Assembly (NCBI GenBank): GCA_963741955.1
Contig: CAVUKB010000010.1
Location: 1 to 64,000 of the forward strand
DNA length: 64,000 bases
Source: an uncultured Acidobacteriota bacterium
Lineage (GTDB): Bacteria > Acidobacteriota > Thermoanaerobaculia > Gp7-AA8
Direction of reading: 5' to 3'
How positions within the stretch are numbered: position 1 is the stretch's first letter; each line of letters begins with the position of its first letter. The notes beneath the pieces were generated by a model that was not told where the DNA came from, did not search any database, and saw nothing but the letters and a program-made list of their open reading frames with translations. The position numbers were made by a program, and so were the translations under genes. Below are positions 36,191 to 45,341 of the stretch, piece after piece.

Positions 36191-39100
36191 ATGACTTCCC
36201 GTTCCCGCCTCGGGCTTCTCTTCGGGATCCTCGTGCTTGCCGTCGCAGCGTCGTCCTTCGGCGCAGAGACGGCTGTCGTGGTCCGCGGTTCCATTTCGCA
36301 CGAATCTCCCGTCTTCTCGCATCCGATCCACCTCGGCGCGGGAGACTTTCTCCGGGTCGAAGCCGTCCAGAAAGATGCGAACCTGAAGCTCGCTTTCGTC
36401 GATGCGGCAGGGTCGGTTCTGCGGGAAGTCGATCGCACCGCACCGCCCGAGCCGGAGATCGCGGAACTGGTCAGCCCTGCGGAGGGGGAGTACCAGATCC
36501 GGGTCTCGACAACAGAGCCTCCGACCGAGAAGATCGGAATCGATCTTCGGATCGATCCCCTGCGTCCGGCGACCGACGTGGATCGTGCGCGACTGGCGGG
36601 CGAGGATCTGCTCCGGCGTGGCGACGCTCTGGTGAACGAGCAGAAGGTCGAGAGTCTCCGCGCGGCTCGCGAGGCGTATCAGGAGGCACTCGCCGATTTC
36701 GAGAAGGCATCCGACCTCCGGCAGGAGGGCACAGCTCTCGACAGTCTCGGGTGGGTCAGTGATCTGATGGGCGAAAAGAAGGAAGCGCTCGCGTTCTACG
36801 AGCGCGCGCTCCCTCTCCGCCGCGCGTCCGGCGACGTCAGGGGAGAGCTTCTCACGCTCCAGGGCATCGGCCTGGTGAATATCTACCTCGGCGATTACGA
36901 CGAGGCGATCCGCACGAACGAGAAGGTGCTCGAGCTGAGCCGCAAAGAGCACGACCGGAAGAGCGAAGCTTCGATTCTCCACAATCTCGGCGGCATCTAC
37001 TGGTCGATGGACGAGATGCAGAAGGCGCTCGGTCTGTACGGCAAAGCTCTGGTGATCTGGAAAGAACTGGGTGACCGGCGCGGCGAAGCGAGCACTCTCA
37101 ACAACATGGGGGACGTCTACCGGCGGCTCGGCGATTACGACCGAGCGCTGGCCGACTTCACTCGGGCGCTCGAGATCCGCAGCTCGCTCGATGACCGGCG
37201 CGGCGAAGCGCACTCGCTGCACACCATCGGTCTCGTCTACATGGCTCGGGACGAACCGCAGAAAGCGCTCGCGAAGTTCGAACAGGCGCTTGCTCTCCGC
37301 CGCGAGACAGGAGATGTTCGAGGAGAAGCCTACTCGCTCGGCGGACGCGGCGACGCGCTCCGGGAGCTCGGCAAGCCGGCCGAGGCGCGGGCGAGTCTGG
37401 AGAAGGCGCTCGCGATCTGGGAGAAGAACGGAGAGCGGAGAGCGGAGGCGGAAACGCTGCAGGATCTCGGGATGGGCTATCTCGACGAGCGCGATCCCGC
37501 CCGGGCGAAACACTCCTTCGAGAAGGCGCTCCCGATCTCGCGTTCGCTCGGCGACCGGACGTACGAGGCGAACGCGCTCTACGGTCTTGCGCGGGTCGCG
37601 CGGGACGGAAACGATCTCACCGGCGCGCGGAAACGGATCGAAGAGGCGATCGCGATCACGACTTCGCTCCGCGAGCGGATCACGAACGAGAATCTGAGGG
37701 CGTCGTATTCGAGCACCGTCAGCCGATTCTACGACTTCTACATCGACCTCCTGATGGAGATGCACGAGAAGACTCCCGGCGCGAGTCTCGACCGCGCGGC
37801 GTTCGATGCGAGTGAGCGGCTCCGCGCCCGGACTCTGGTCGAGATGCTCGCAGCGGCGGATGTCGATCCGCATCGCGATCTCGATCCTGCGCTGTGGGGG
37901 CGGCGGAACGAGTTGAGGGAGCGGATCGCGTCGCGGGAACGGAAGCGACTCAAACTTCTGCAGTCGAATCAGACTGACGACGTCGCGGCAGCGGTCGATT
38001 CGCTGGAACAGGAGATCTCGTCTCTGGTGGACGATTACCGGAAGGTCACGACCGAGCTGCTGGAGAAGAATCCACATTACGCGTCCCTGACGGCACCGAA
38101 GGCGCTCGGGGTGAATGAGATTCAGTCGAAGCTCCTCGACGATCAAACGGCTCTGGTCGAGATTCAGCTCGGGAGCGAGCGCTCCTGGCTCTGGGTGGTC
38201 ACGCGAGACGGATTCGAAACCCACAGGCTCGCTTCGCGGAAGGAGATCGAAGCGCGGGCCCGCCACCTGTACGAGCTCCTTCGCGAGCGGAACCGCTCGG
38301 TCCCGGGAGAGACGCTCGCCATGTTCCGCTCGCGGATCGCGCGCGCCGAAAAGGAATCGGGGAAGGAAGCCGAGGCCCTCGGCAGGCAAGTGATCGGTCC
38401 GGCCGCGGCATCCCTTCAGAAGCGAAGGCTTCTGGTGGTCGCGGACGGGACGCTGCAGTACATCCCGTTCGGAGTGCTGTCGCTTCCCGGACCAGATGGA
38501 AAACCGCAACCGCTGGTGCGGAGTCACGAGATCGTGAACCTCCCCTCGGCGACGGTGGGTGGCGTTCTGCTGGCGGAGGGGATGCGCCGTCCGGCGTCGA
38601 AGGCTACCGTCGCGGTGATCGCGGATCCGGTCTTCCGGCCCGACGATCCGCGGGTGGAGAAGATCAGCGGAGGGGCGGAGCATGACGCGGTCCTGCAGGC
38701 GAGCCGGGGGGGAGCTCTCGAATCGGGAAACGGAAGGGGAGTCGATCTGGCGCGCCTCCGCTTTTCACGAAGAGAAGCTGATGTGATCACTTCACTGGTG
38801 CCGGACGCGTCGCGGCGGATGGAAGCGCTCGATTTCGATGCGTCGCTCGAGACCGTGACCAGCGGGGATCTGTCTGGATATTCGATCGTTCACATTGCCA
38901 CGCATGGTCTGGTCGATTCCGCGCGTCCCGAACTGTCGGGGCTGGTCTTCTCGCTATACGACAGGAAAGGGCGGCCGCAGGAGGGATTTCTGGCGCTGCA
39001 CGGCATCTACGATCTGAAGCTCGACGCCGATCTGGTCGTCCTGAGCGCGTGCGATACGGCGCTCGGGAAGCTGGTCCGGGGAGAAGGGCTGATCGGGCTG

Positions 39101-39328
39101 ACCCGCGGGTTCATGTACGCCGGAGCGCCGCGGGTCGTGGCGAGTCTCTGGACGGTGGACGATCGTGCCACCGCGGTTCTCATGGAGCGTTTCTACAGGG
39201 GTATGCTTGAAAAGCACGAGACGCCGGCTGCAGCGCTGCGGAACGCGAAAATCTCGATGCTCGACGATCCCCGCTGGAGCTCGCCCTACTACTGGGCCGC
39301 CTTCATTCTGGAGGGAGACTGGCGCTGA
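36191..39328 (+). CDS. Exported TPR-CHAT (caspase-like) protease
   Basis: Signal peptide, small beta domain, eight 40-aa TPR-like repeats, CHAT domain with HIATHG and LSACDT dyad, GEGLIGL, ASLWTVDD, PYYWAAF. Confidence 0.93.
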   Translation: MTSRSRLGLLFGILVLAVAASSFGAETAVVVRGSISHESPVFSHPIHLGAGDFLRVEAVQKDANLKLAFVDAAGSVLREVDRTAPPEPEIAELVSPAEGEYQIRVSTTEPPTEKIGIDLRIDPLRPATDVDRARLAGEDLLRRGDALVNEQKVESLRAAREAYQEALADFEKASDLRQEGTALDSLGWVSDLMGEKKEALAFYERALPLRRASGDVRGELLTLQGIGLVNIYLGDYDEAIRTNEKVLELSRKEHDRKSEASILHNLGGIYWSMDEMQKALGLYGKALVIWKELGDRRGEASTLNNMGDVYRRLGDYDRALADFTRALEIRSSLDDRRGEAHSLHTIGLVYMARDEPQKALAKFEQALALRRETGDVRGEAYSLGGRGDALRELGKPAEARASLEKALAIWEKNGERRAEAETLQDLGMGYLDERDPARAKHSFEKALPISRSLGDRTYEANALYGLARVARDGNDLTGARKRIEEAIAITTSLRERITNENLRASYSSTVSRFYDFYIDLLMEMHEKTPGASLDRAAFDASERLRARTLVEMLAAADVDPHRDLDPALWGRRNELRERIASRERKRLKLLQSNQTDDVAAAVDSLEQEISSLVDDYRKVTTELLEKNPHYASLTAPKALGVNEIQSKLLDDQTALVEIQLGSERSWLWVVTRDGFETHRLASRKEIEARARHLYELLRERNRSVPGETLAMFRSRIARAEKESGKEAEALGRQVIGPAAASLQKRRLLVVADGTLQYIPFGVLSLPGPDGKPQPLVRSHEIVNLPSATVGGVLLAEGMRRPASKATVAVIADPVFRPDDPRVEKISGGAEHDAVLQASRGGALESGNGRGVDLARLRFSRREADVITSLVPDASRRMEALDFDASLETVTSGDLSGYSIVHIATHGLVDSARPELSGLVFSLYDRKGRPQEGFLALHGIYDLKLDADLVVLSACDTALGKLVRGEGLIGLTRGFMYAGAPRVVASLWTVDDRATAVLMERFYRGMLEKHETPAAALRNAKISMLDDPRWSSPYYWAAFILEGDWR

Positions 39329-39442
39329 ACGGAGGATCCGGGATCAGAATGCGCAGATGCGCTGTCGTTGTTGCAGTGCGACAGAGGCGACAGAGGACGT
39401 ACCGAAGTGAGCGATGACGCGGACATCAGAGGGGCTGGAGTG

Positions 39443-40033
39443 ATGAAACGCGACGAGGGGCCGTCGCGCTCGCCGTTCGAAGCACTTCTCGCCCGGCTCG
39501 ACAGCGACCCCCGGCGGGCGGGCGAACGGTACGAGGAGATCCGCAGACGTCTGATCCGCCTTTTCGAATGGCGCGGCGCCCTCCGTCCCGACGAGCTTGC
39601 GGACGAAACGATGGATCGTGTCGCGAAAAAGCTCCACGAAGGGGTCGAGATCGAAGGGAAGGATCCCTCCGGATATTTCTACGGTGTCGCCAGGCTGGTC
39701 TACTTCGAGTCGCGCCGTGCCGAGGAAAAGAAGGGCACCGTTCCGCTCACAGACATCGCCAGCTCCGATTCCGATCCCGCCGATCTCCAGGAGAAGGAGC
39801 GGCGCTCGCGTTGTCTCGACCGTTGCCTCGAAGAGGTGGGGAAAGAGAGCCGTTCGCTGATCCTCGAGTACTACAGCGACTCGTCCGACTCCCGGATCAC
39901 GACCCGAAAACGACTCGCCGAAAGGATCGGCGTTCCCTCGTCGGCGCTTCGCCTGCGTGCCCACCGGATCCGCGCGAAACTGGAAAGCTGCATGTCGGTG
40001 TGTATCGGCGAGGAAACGAATCCGGCTCGTTGA
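39443..40033 (+). CDS. ECF-type RNA polymerase sigma factor
   Basis: Region 2-like YEEIRRRLIRLF..DELADETMDRV..YFYGVAR; region 4-like CLDRCLEEV..LILEYY..LAERIGV..LRLRAHRIRAKL. Alternative GTG start at 39407. Confidence 0.8.
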   Translation: MKRDEGPSRSPFEALLARLDSDPRRAGERYEEIRRRLIRLFEWRGALRPDELADETMDRVAKKLHEGVEIEGKDPSGYFYGVARLVYFESRRAEEKKGTVPLTDIASSDSDPADLQEKERRSRCLDRCLEEVGKESRSLILEYYSDSSDSRITTRKRLAERIGVPSSALRLRAHRIRAKLESCMSVCIGEETNPAR

Positions 40034-40039
40034 ACATTC

Positions 40040-40945
40040 ATGGCTGGAGATGAAGCAGCAATGATCAGCGCAGAAGAACGCCAGACGATGAAGCTCGGAA
40101 TTCTCCATGAACTGGAGGAGCCGGCCAGAGAAGATCTCGAACGGCGTCTGTTCGAGGACTCCTCCGCATTCGAAGAGTACGAGGTGCTGGAAGAGGAAAT
40201 GCTCGAGGCATACCTCCATGACGAGCTCCCGGCGGAGGAGGCGGAGCGGATCACGGAGCTCCGGTCGCTGTACCCCTACATGGAGCGAAAGATCGCGTTC
40301 ACGGCTGCGCTGATCGACCGTGCGCAACGCGACAACGTCGCGTCGATCTCGGCGGCACGGAGGGGCCTTTCCCCCCGCAGCCGCTCGCTTCTGACCGCCG
40401 TTGCGGCTGCAGTCGGACTGGTGGTCTTCGGGATGATCCTTCACGAGACGAAGACTCTTTCATCGAGACCCCGGATCGCGCGGACATCCGCACCCCTCCC
40501 GGCGGCCGGGCCGTCGACGACGGCTGAAGTTCCGAAGCCGGCCCAGGTCGCGAACGGCACCGAGCCGGTGGAGACTCCCTCCATCCAGCGGAAGAAGATT
40601 CCCCCTGCCGCTCACGTGATCGATCTCGTGCTCGCAACGGCGGTCACGCGGGGCGGTTCATCGGCGAACGAGCTGAAGATTCCGGAGGGGACGGACGCGG
40701 TCAGGATTCACGTTCCGGTCGATCCGGCCGAGGCCGCCGCCGTCTACCGAGCGACGGTGCGGCGAAGCGGCACCGAGGTTTGGAGCGGAACCGCCGAGCG
40801 ACACGATACGTCGGCGGGTCCGGACGTCACGTTCCAGCTTCCGGCGGACGACCTTCCGGACGGGCCGTACGAGATCGAGCTCGATGCCGGTGCGGATCCC
40901 GGCGGCGAGCCGATCGCATTCTTCGACCTCGACGTGCGGCGCTGA
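40040..40945 (+). CDS. Putative membrane anti-sigma factor
   Basis: 7 bp after the sigma gene; acidic ASD-like N terminus (LEAYLHDELPAEE), one TM helix, Pro-rich linker, C-terminal Ig-like beta domain. Confidence 0.72.
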   Translation: MAGDEAAMISAEERQTMKLGILHELEEPAREDLERRLFEDSSAFEEYEVLEEEMLEAYLHDELPAEEAERITELRSLYPYMERKIAFTAALIDRAQRDNVASISAARRGLSPRSRSLLTAVAAAVGLVVFGMILHETKTLSSRPRIARTSAPLPAAGPSTTAEVPKPAQVANGTEPVETPSIQRKKIPPAAHVIDLVLATAVTRGGSSANELKIPEGTDAVRIHVPVDPAEAAAVYRATVRRSGTEVWSGTAERHDTSAGPDVTFQLPADDLPDGPYEIELDAGADPGGEPIAFFDLDVRR

Positions 40946-41017
40946 CGAGCGGTTTCGCATCACCAGGGCTGCGATTCCGGAAGCCCAGAAACCTCACCCC
41001 TTCTCATGGATCCGTAC

Positions 41018-41057
41018 TACAATCGGGCACCGATGAGCTTCGTTGAATTATTCAACG
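41018..41057 (+). promoter_or_regulatory. -10 hexamer followed by a 17-bp palindromic operator
   Basis: TACAAT at 41018-41023; CGTTGAAT-T-ATTCAACG at 41041-41057. Confidence 0.55.
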
Positions 41058-41094
41058 CAAGATCTCGGCGTCCCGATCTCGGATCGGAGGACTG

Positions 41095-41814
41095 ATGCGT
41101 TCTCCGTACGGCTTTGATCTCATTGATGACTGCTCGAAATGCGAGTGGAGAGCGGAACCGTTTTTCTGTGACCTCGCCACCGCGCTGCTCGAAAAGTTCG
41201 ACGCCCTGACCTATACGACCGCCTATCCCGCCGGTGCCGTTCTCTACGTGGAAGGACAGGTTCCGGGAGGCGTGTACGTTCTCTGCAAGGGGCGGGTGAA
41301 GCTGACCGCATCCTCTTCCGAAGGAAAGACGCTGGTGGTCCGGATCGCCGAGTCGGGCGAAGTGCTCGGATTGAGCGGATCGATCTCGGGACGTCCGTAT
41401 CGAGTCACCGCAGAGACGCTCGAGCCGTGCCAGGTGAAGTTCATCAAGCGGATGGAGTTCCTCGCGTTTCTTCACGAGCACGGCGAGATCTCGTTTCGCG
41501 TGGCTCGCCAGCTCAGCGCGGAACTGCACGATGCGTTCGATCAGGTCCGCTCCCTCGGACTCTCCAGTTCGGCCGCGGCCAAGCTCGGAAAGCTGATCCT
41601 CAACTGGTGTGAGGCGAACGGAAAACAGACCGATGGCGGCGTCCGGCTGAAGCTTCTGATGACCCATGAACAGATCGCGCAGATGATCGGCACGTCACGG
41701 GAGACCGTGACCCGCCTGCTGAGCGATTTCCGCCAGCGCCAGATCCTGGAGATCACCGGATCGAAGCTCGTAGTCCGGGACAAGGCGGCGCTCGAAGTGA
41801 TGGCGAATCCGTAG
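41095..41814 (+). CDS. Crp/Fnr family regulator with N-terminal cysteine cluster
   Basis: CSKC-x8-C, LEPC, HTH THEQIAQMIGTSRETVTR; GGAGGA RBS. Confidence 0.92.
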   Translation: MRSPYGFDLIDDCSKCEWRAEPFFCDLATALLEKFDALTYTTAYPAGAVLYVEGQVPGGVYVLCKGRVKLTASSSEGKTLVVRIAESGEVLGLSGSISGRPYRVTAETLEPCQVKFIKRMEFLAFLHEHGEISFRVARQLSAELHDAFDQVRSLGLSSSAAAKLGKLILNWCEANGKQTDGGVRLKLLMTHEQIAQMIGTSRETVTRLLSDFRQRQILEITGSKLVVRDKAALEVMANP

Positions 41815-41967
41815 GCTTACCGAAGAGCGCAGGCGATGCGCTCGCGATCCTGGCGTCACGCCGTGAGTCCTTTCGTCGATGCCGAAGGAGCGCCGCGGCT
41901 TCCGCCCGGCCGGCATGGCCGAAGCCAAACCGCTCCAGCGGTACACCGACAACCCACAGACTCCTGG

Positions 41968-42144
41968 CCCGCATTTCTCACACCGTCCCGTCGCGAGGAG
42001 GCGGAGAGTGGCCTGGATGCAAGGCGCGCCCGGCTTCGGCAACGAAGGCATAGTGGTGACTATGTCGAGGAGCCGAAGCCGGGCGCAACGCTGCAGACAG
42101 GCCGCTATCCGTCTCCCCAGCAGAGATGGTGTGAGAAATGCGGG
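41968..42144. mobile_element. MITE family A, copy 4 (inverted)
   Basis: TIRs present; flanks CTGG and CTAG, the latter containing the rnz stop; preceded by a family-B-like end CAGACTC. Confidence 0.85.
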
Positions 42145-43044
42145 CTAGACCTCCAACTCCGCCAGATCCTCCGCAATCTCCGTCGCCGGGAAGAGCTCGC
42201 GCGCCTGCTGCAGCAATGGGGTCACGTCTTCATATCGAGGTGAGAAGTGGGTCAGCAGGAGCCGTTTCGCTCCCGCGTCTCTCGCAACTGCGGCGGCTTC
42301 GGATGCCGTCGAATGGAGGTATTCGCGGGCTTCGCTTTCGTGGTCGTCGCCATACGTCGCCTCGTGGATAAGAAGGTCGGCTCTGTGCGCGAGCTCCACG
42401 CTCGCGGCACAGGGGCGCGTATCGGTGCAGTAGGTCACGACTTTTCCGGGCCTCGACGCTGCGACCACGGCACTGCTCTCGATCACCCGTCCGTCGGGGA
42501 GCGAGACGCTCTCTCCACGTTGCAGCTTTCCGTAGAGCGGCCCCTCGGGAATCCCGAGATCACGCGCGCGAACCGGATCGAACCGTCCCGGGCGTTCGGC
42601 CTCCGCCAGGCGGAACCCGAACGAGGGGACGGAATGTTCGAGCTCGTGCGCTTCGATCCGGTAGCCCGGTGTGCGACGGATCTCTTCATCGCCGATCTCG
42701 TGGATCTCGATGGTGAAGCCGAGATGGACGGAAGCCGCACCGTGCACGGCGTGGAGAAGCTTTCCGAGCCCGGCCGGTCCGTAGATCGGCAGCGGCGCAC
42801 TCCTTCCGTTCAGACTCAATGATGCGAGGAGCCCGGGGAGGCCGTACACGTGGTCTCCGTGCAGATGACTGATCAGTACCGAATCGAGGCGGCCGGTACG
42901 TACCGGTGCGGCGAGGAGGCGGTACTGCGTTCCCTCGCCGCAGTCGATCAGGAGCCAGCCGCGCTCGAGACCGATGGCGAAGGACGCCACGTTCCGCCGG
43001 AGGGTCGGCGTTCCGGCGCTCGTTCCGAGTGGAATGATTCTCAT
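42145..43044 (-). CDS. rnz: Ribonuclease Z
   Basis: LGTSAGTP, DCGEGTQ, HLHGDH, GIPEGPLYGKLQ exosite, HEATY, HST, THFSPRY. Confidence 0.96.
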   Translation of the reverse strand: MRIIPLGTSAGTPTLRRNVASFAIGLERGWLLIDCGEGTQYRLLAAPVRTGRLDSVLISHLHGDHVYGLPGLLASLSLNGRSAPLPIYGPAGLGKLLHAVHGAASVHLGFTIEIHEIGDEEIRRTPGYRIEAHELEHSVPSFGFRLAEAERPGRFDPVRARDLGIPEGPLYGKLQRGESVSLPDGRVIESSAVVAASRPGKVVTYCTDTRPCAASVELAHRADLLIHEATYGDDHESEAREYLHSTASEAAAVARDAGAKRLLLTHFSPRYEDVTPLLQQARELFPATEIAEDLAELEV

Positions 43045-43120
43045 GCTGTCCGGACAACCATACGACGCCGGGCTTCGAGAAATCGAGGATGATCTCACCG
43101 CACAGGTGCGGAGAGTCGCG

Positions 43121-45037
43121 ATGACTCCGGTTGGGCACGAGTTCGGCAATTCGTCGACTCTCATGTCGCATCGCCGATCTCGCCGGCATCGTTTCGGAGC
43201 CGAGCTTACCGCCGGAGGAGTGGAGTTCCGCGTCTGGGCGCCCGGTCACGACCGAATCGATCTGGTGATCGACCCGGAGATGGAACGGGTCGACTCCGGT
43301 CGAGCCATTCCGATGGAGCCGGCGGGGGCCGGCTGGTTCGAGCTGCACGTCGATCGAGCAGCTCCCGGCGATCTTTACGGATTCCGGCTCCCGCACTCCG
43401 GGCGGATCCTCCCCGATCCCGCATCGCGTTTCCAGCCGTCGGGTGTGCATGGGCCCTCCCAGGTGACCGATCCGGCCTCGTTCGACTGGCGCTCGCGCGA
43501 GTGGCGGGGGCCGGATCCGAACGGCAACGTCCTCTACGAGCTTCACATAGGAACATTCTCGCCGGAGGGAACGTGGGAGGGCGCGCGCGCCTTTCTTCCC
43601 GCTCTGCGGGAGCTCGGGATCACCGTGCTCGAGGTGATGCCGGTGGCGGAGTTCGCGGGCGGTTTCGGCTGGGGATACGACGGAGTGGATCTCTGGGCTC
43701 CCACCCATCTCTACGGCACGCCCGACGAGCTCCGCGGATTCGTCGACGACGCGCATCGGCTCGGGCTCGCAGTGATCCTCGATGTGGTCTACAACCACAT
43801 CGGGCCCGAAGGGAACTATCTCGAACACTTCACCCGATCGTGGTTCACCGATCGTTACCGGAACGAGTGGGGAGAGGCGATGAACTTCGACGGTCCGGGC
43901 TCGCGAGAAGTCCGGGAGTTCTTCGTCTCGAACGCCGTCCACTGGCTCGACGAATACCGCATCGACGGTCTCCGCTTCGATGCGACACATTCGATGTTCG
44001 ACCAGAGCCGGGAGCACATCGTGTCGGAGATGGAGAGAACACTGCGAGCGAGATTTGCCGGCCGTACGCTCCTTCTCATCGCGGAGAACGAGCCGCAGGA
44101 GAGCCGGATCGTGCGGCCTCGTGAGGAGGGTGGCTGGGGATTCGACGGGATCTGGAACGACGACTTCCATCATTCCGCGATCGTGGCCCTCACCGGTCGC
44201 AACGACGCGTACTACAGCGACTACTACGGCAAACCGCAGGAGCTGATCTCCGCGGCGAAGAGAGGCTTTCTCTATCAGGGCCAGCACTACAGCTGGCAGA
44301 AGAAGCGACGAGGGACGCCGACTTCCGGAGTTCCGGCGCACGCGTTCATCGGCTATCTGGAGAACCATGATCAGGTGGCGAACTCCGCGCGCGGATCACG
44401 TCTGGCGAGCCTCGCCGCGCCCGCGGAGCTGCGCGCGATGATGTCGCTCCTCCTGCTGGGACCCTGGACTCCGATGCTCTTCCAGGGAGAAGAGCTCGGG
44501 TCGGAGACGCCCTTTCTCTACTTCGCCGACCATGAACCGGAGCTCGCCCGCCGCGTCCGCGAGGGGCGGGGCGAGTTCCTGCAGCAGTTCCGCGCCGTCT
44601 CCGCTTCGGACGTGCAGCAGATCCTTCCCGATCCCGGCGACCGCACGACGTTCGAGCGTTGCCGCTTCGTCCGCAACGATGACGAATCGAGCCGACAGAC
44701 GTGGCAGCTCATCCGCGATCTGCTCCGTCTCCGCCGCGACGACCTCGCGTTCGCGTCACGGGAGCCCGGCCGGATCGACGGAGCCGTCCTGGCCGACGAA
44801 GCATTCGTGCTGCGCTTCTTCCAGCCCGACGGCCGGGACCGGCTGCTGATCGTCAATCTCGGCCGCGACCTCCGCTTCGACCCCGCTCCCGAGCCTCTCC
44901 TCGCCCCGGTCGAGGGAGGGCGATGGAGCCTCCTCTGGTCCAGCGAGCATCCCGACTACGGAGGCTCCGGTGTGGAAGCCCCCGATCCCGACGGGCCGTG
45001 GACGATTCCCGGGAACGCGGCCATGGTCCTGGCGTAG
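43121..45037 (+). CDS. treZ: Malto-oligosyltrehalose trehalohydrolase
   Basis: FRVWAP, DPASRFQPSGVHGPS, WGYDGV, DVVYNH, GLRFDATH, WNDDFHH, NHDQVAN. Alternative start at 43163. Confidence 0.92.
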   Translation: MTPVGHEFGNSSTLMSHRRSRRHRFGAELTAGGVEFRVWAPGHDRIDLVIDPEMERVDSGRAIPMEPAGAGWFELHVDRAAPGDLYGFRLPHSGRILPDPASRFQPSGVHGPSQVTDPASFDWRSREWRGPDPNGNVLYELHIGTFSPEGTWEGARAFLPALRELGITVLEVMPVAEFAGGFGWGYDGVDLWAPTHLYGTPDELRGFVDDAHRLGLAVILDVVYNHIGPEGNYLEHFTRSWFTDRYRNEWGEAMNFDGPGSREVREFFVSNAVHWLDEYRIDGLRFDATHSMFDQSREHIVSEMERTLRARFAGRTLLLIAENEPQESRIVRPREEGGWGFDGIWNDDFHHSAIVALTGRNDAYYSDYYGKPQELISAAKRGFLYQGQHYSWQKKRRGTPTSGVPAHAFIGYLENHDQVANSARGSRLASLAAPAELRAMMSLLLLGPWTPMLFQGEELGSETPFLYFADHEPELARRVREGRGEFLQQFRAVSASDVQQILPDPGDRTTFERCRFVRNDDESSRQTWQLIRDLLRLRRDDLAFASREPGRIDGAVLADEAFVLRFFQPDGRDRLLIVNLGRDLRFDPAPEPLLAPVEGGRWSLLWSSEHPDYGGSGVEAPDPDGPWTIPGNAAMVLA

Positions 45038-45213
45038 AGCGGCGAGCGGCAGTGAGGGGACCCCGTACCTGCCACAGGCGAGATCATGAATTTTATTCTG
45101 CAATACATCGAGAACTGCGCATTATCGTCGCTGAACTAATCATTTCGGTGAATAATATTCGCATAGTTGCGGTCGTTACAGAACGAATGCGTCGGCTGCT
45201 CCCACCGGCAGCC

Positions 45214-45269
45214 CGGATTTGGACCGCTGATCCGCTTTCGCAGTAGGACAGTTTCTACCGCGCAGACTC
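45214..45269. mobile_element. One-ended fragment of MITE family B
   Basis: CGGATTTGGACCGCTGATCCGCTTTCGCAGTAGGACAGTTTCTACCGCGCAGACTC followed by CTGG. Confidence 0.8.
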
Positions 45270-45341
45270 CTGGCAACCAGACGCTCTCAGAAATCCCATG
45301 CTGGCCCCTCCTTGCAGGGTCTGTGCATTCGTCAACGGGGC

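Noticed and set aside
36137-38683. 848-aa antisense ORF, and similar shadows such as 56429-59092, 19249-21330 and 45543-47279
   Set aside because: Antisense to well-supported genes, an expected result of high GC3 codon bias; no recognisable motifs.
36191-40033. Type III-E CRISPR (Craspase) locus
   Set aside because: No Cas7-11, Csx30/31 or array in the window, and the CHAT protein has a signal peptide; only the regulatory logic is analogous.
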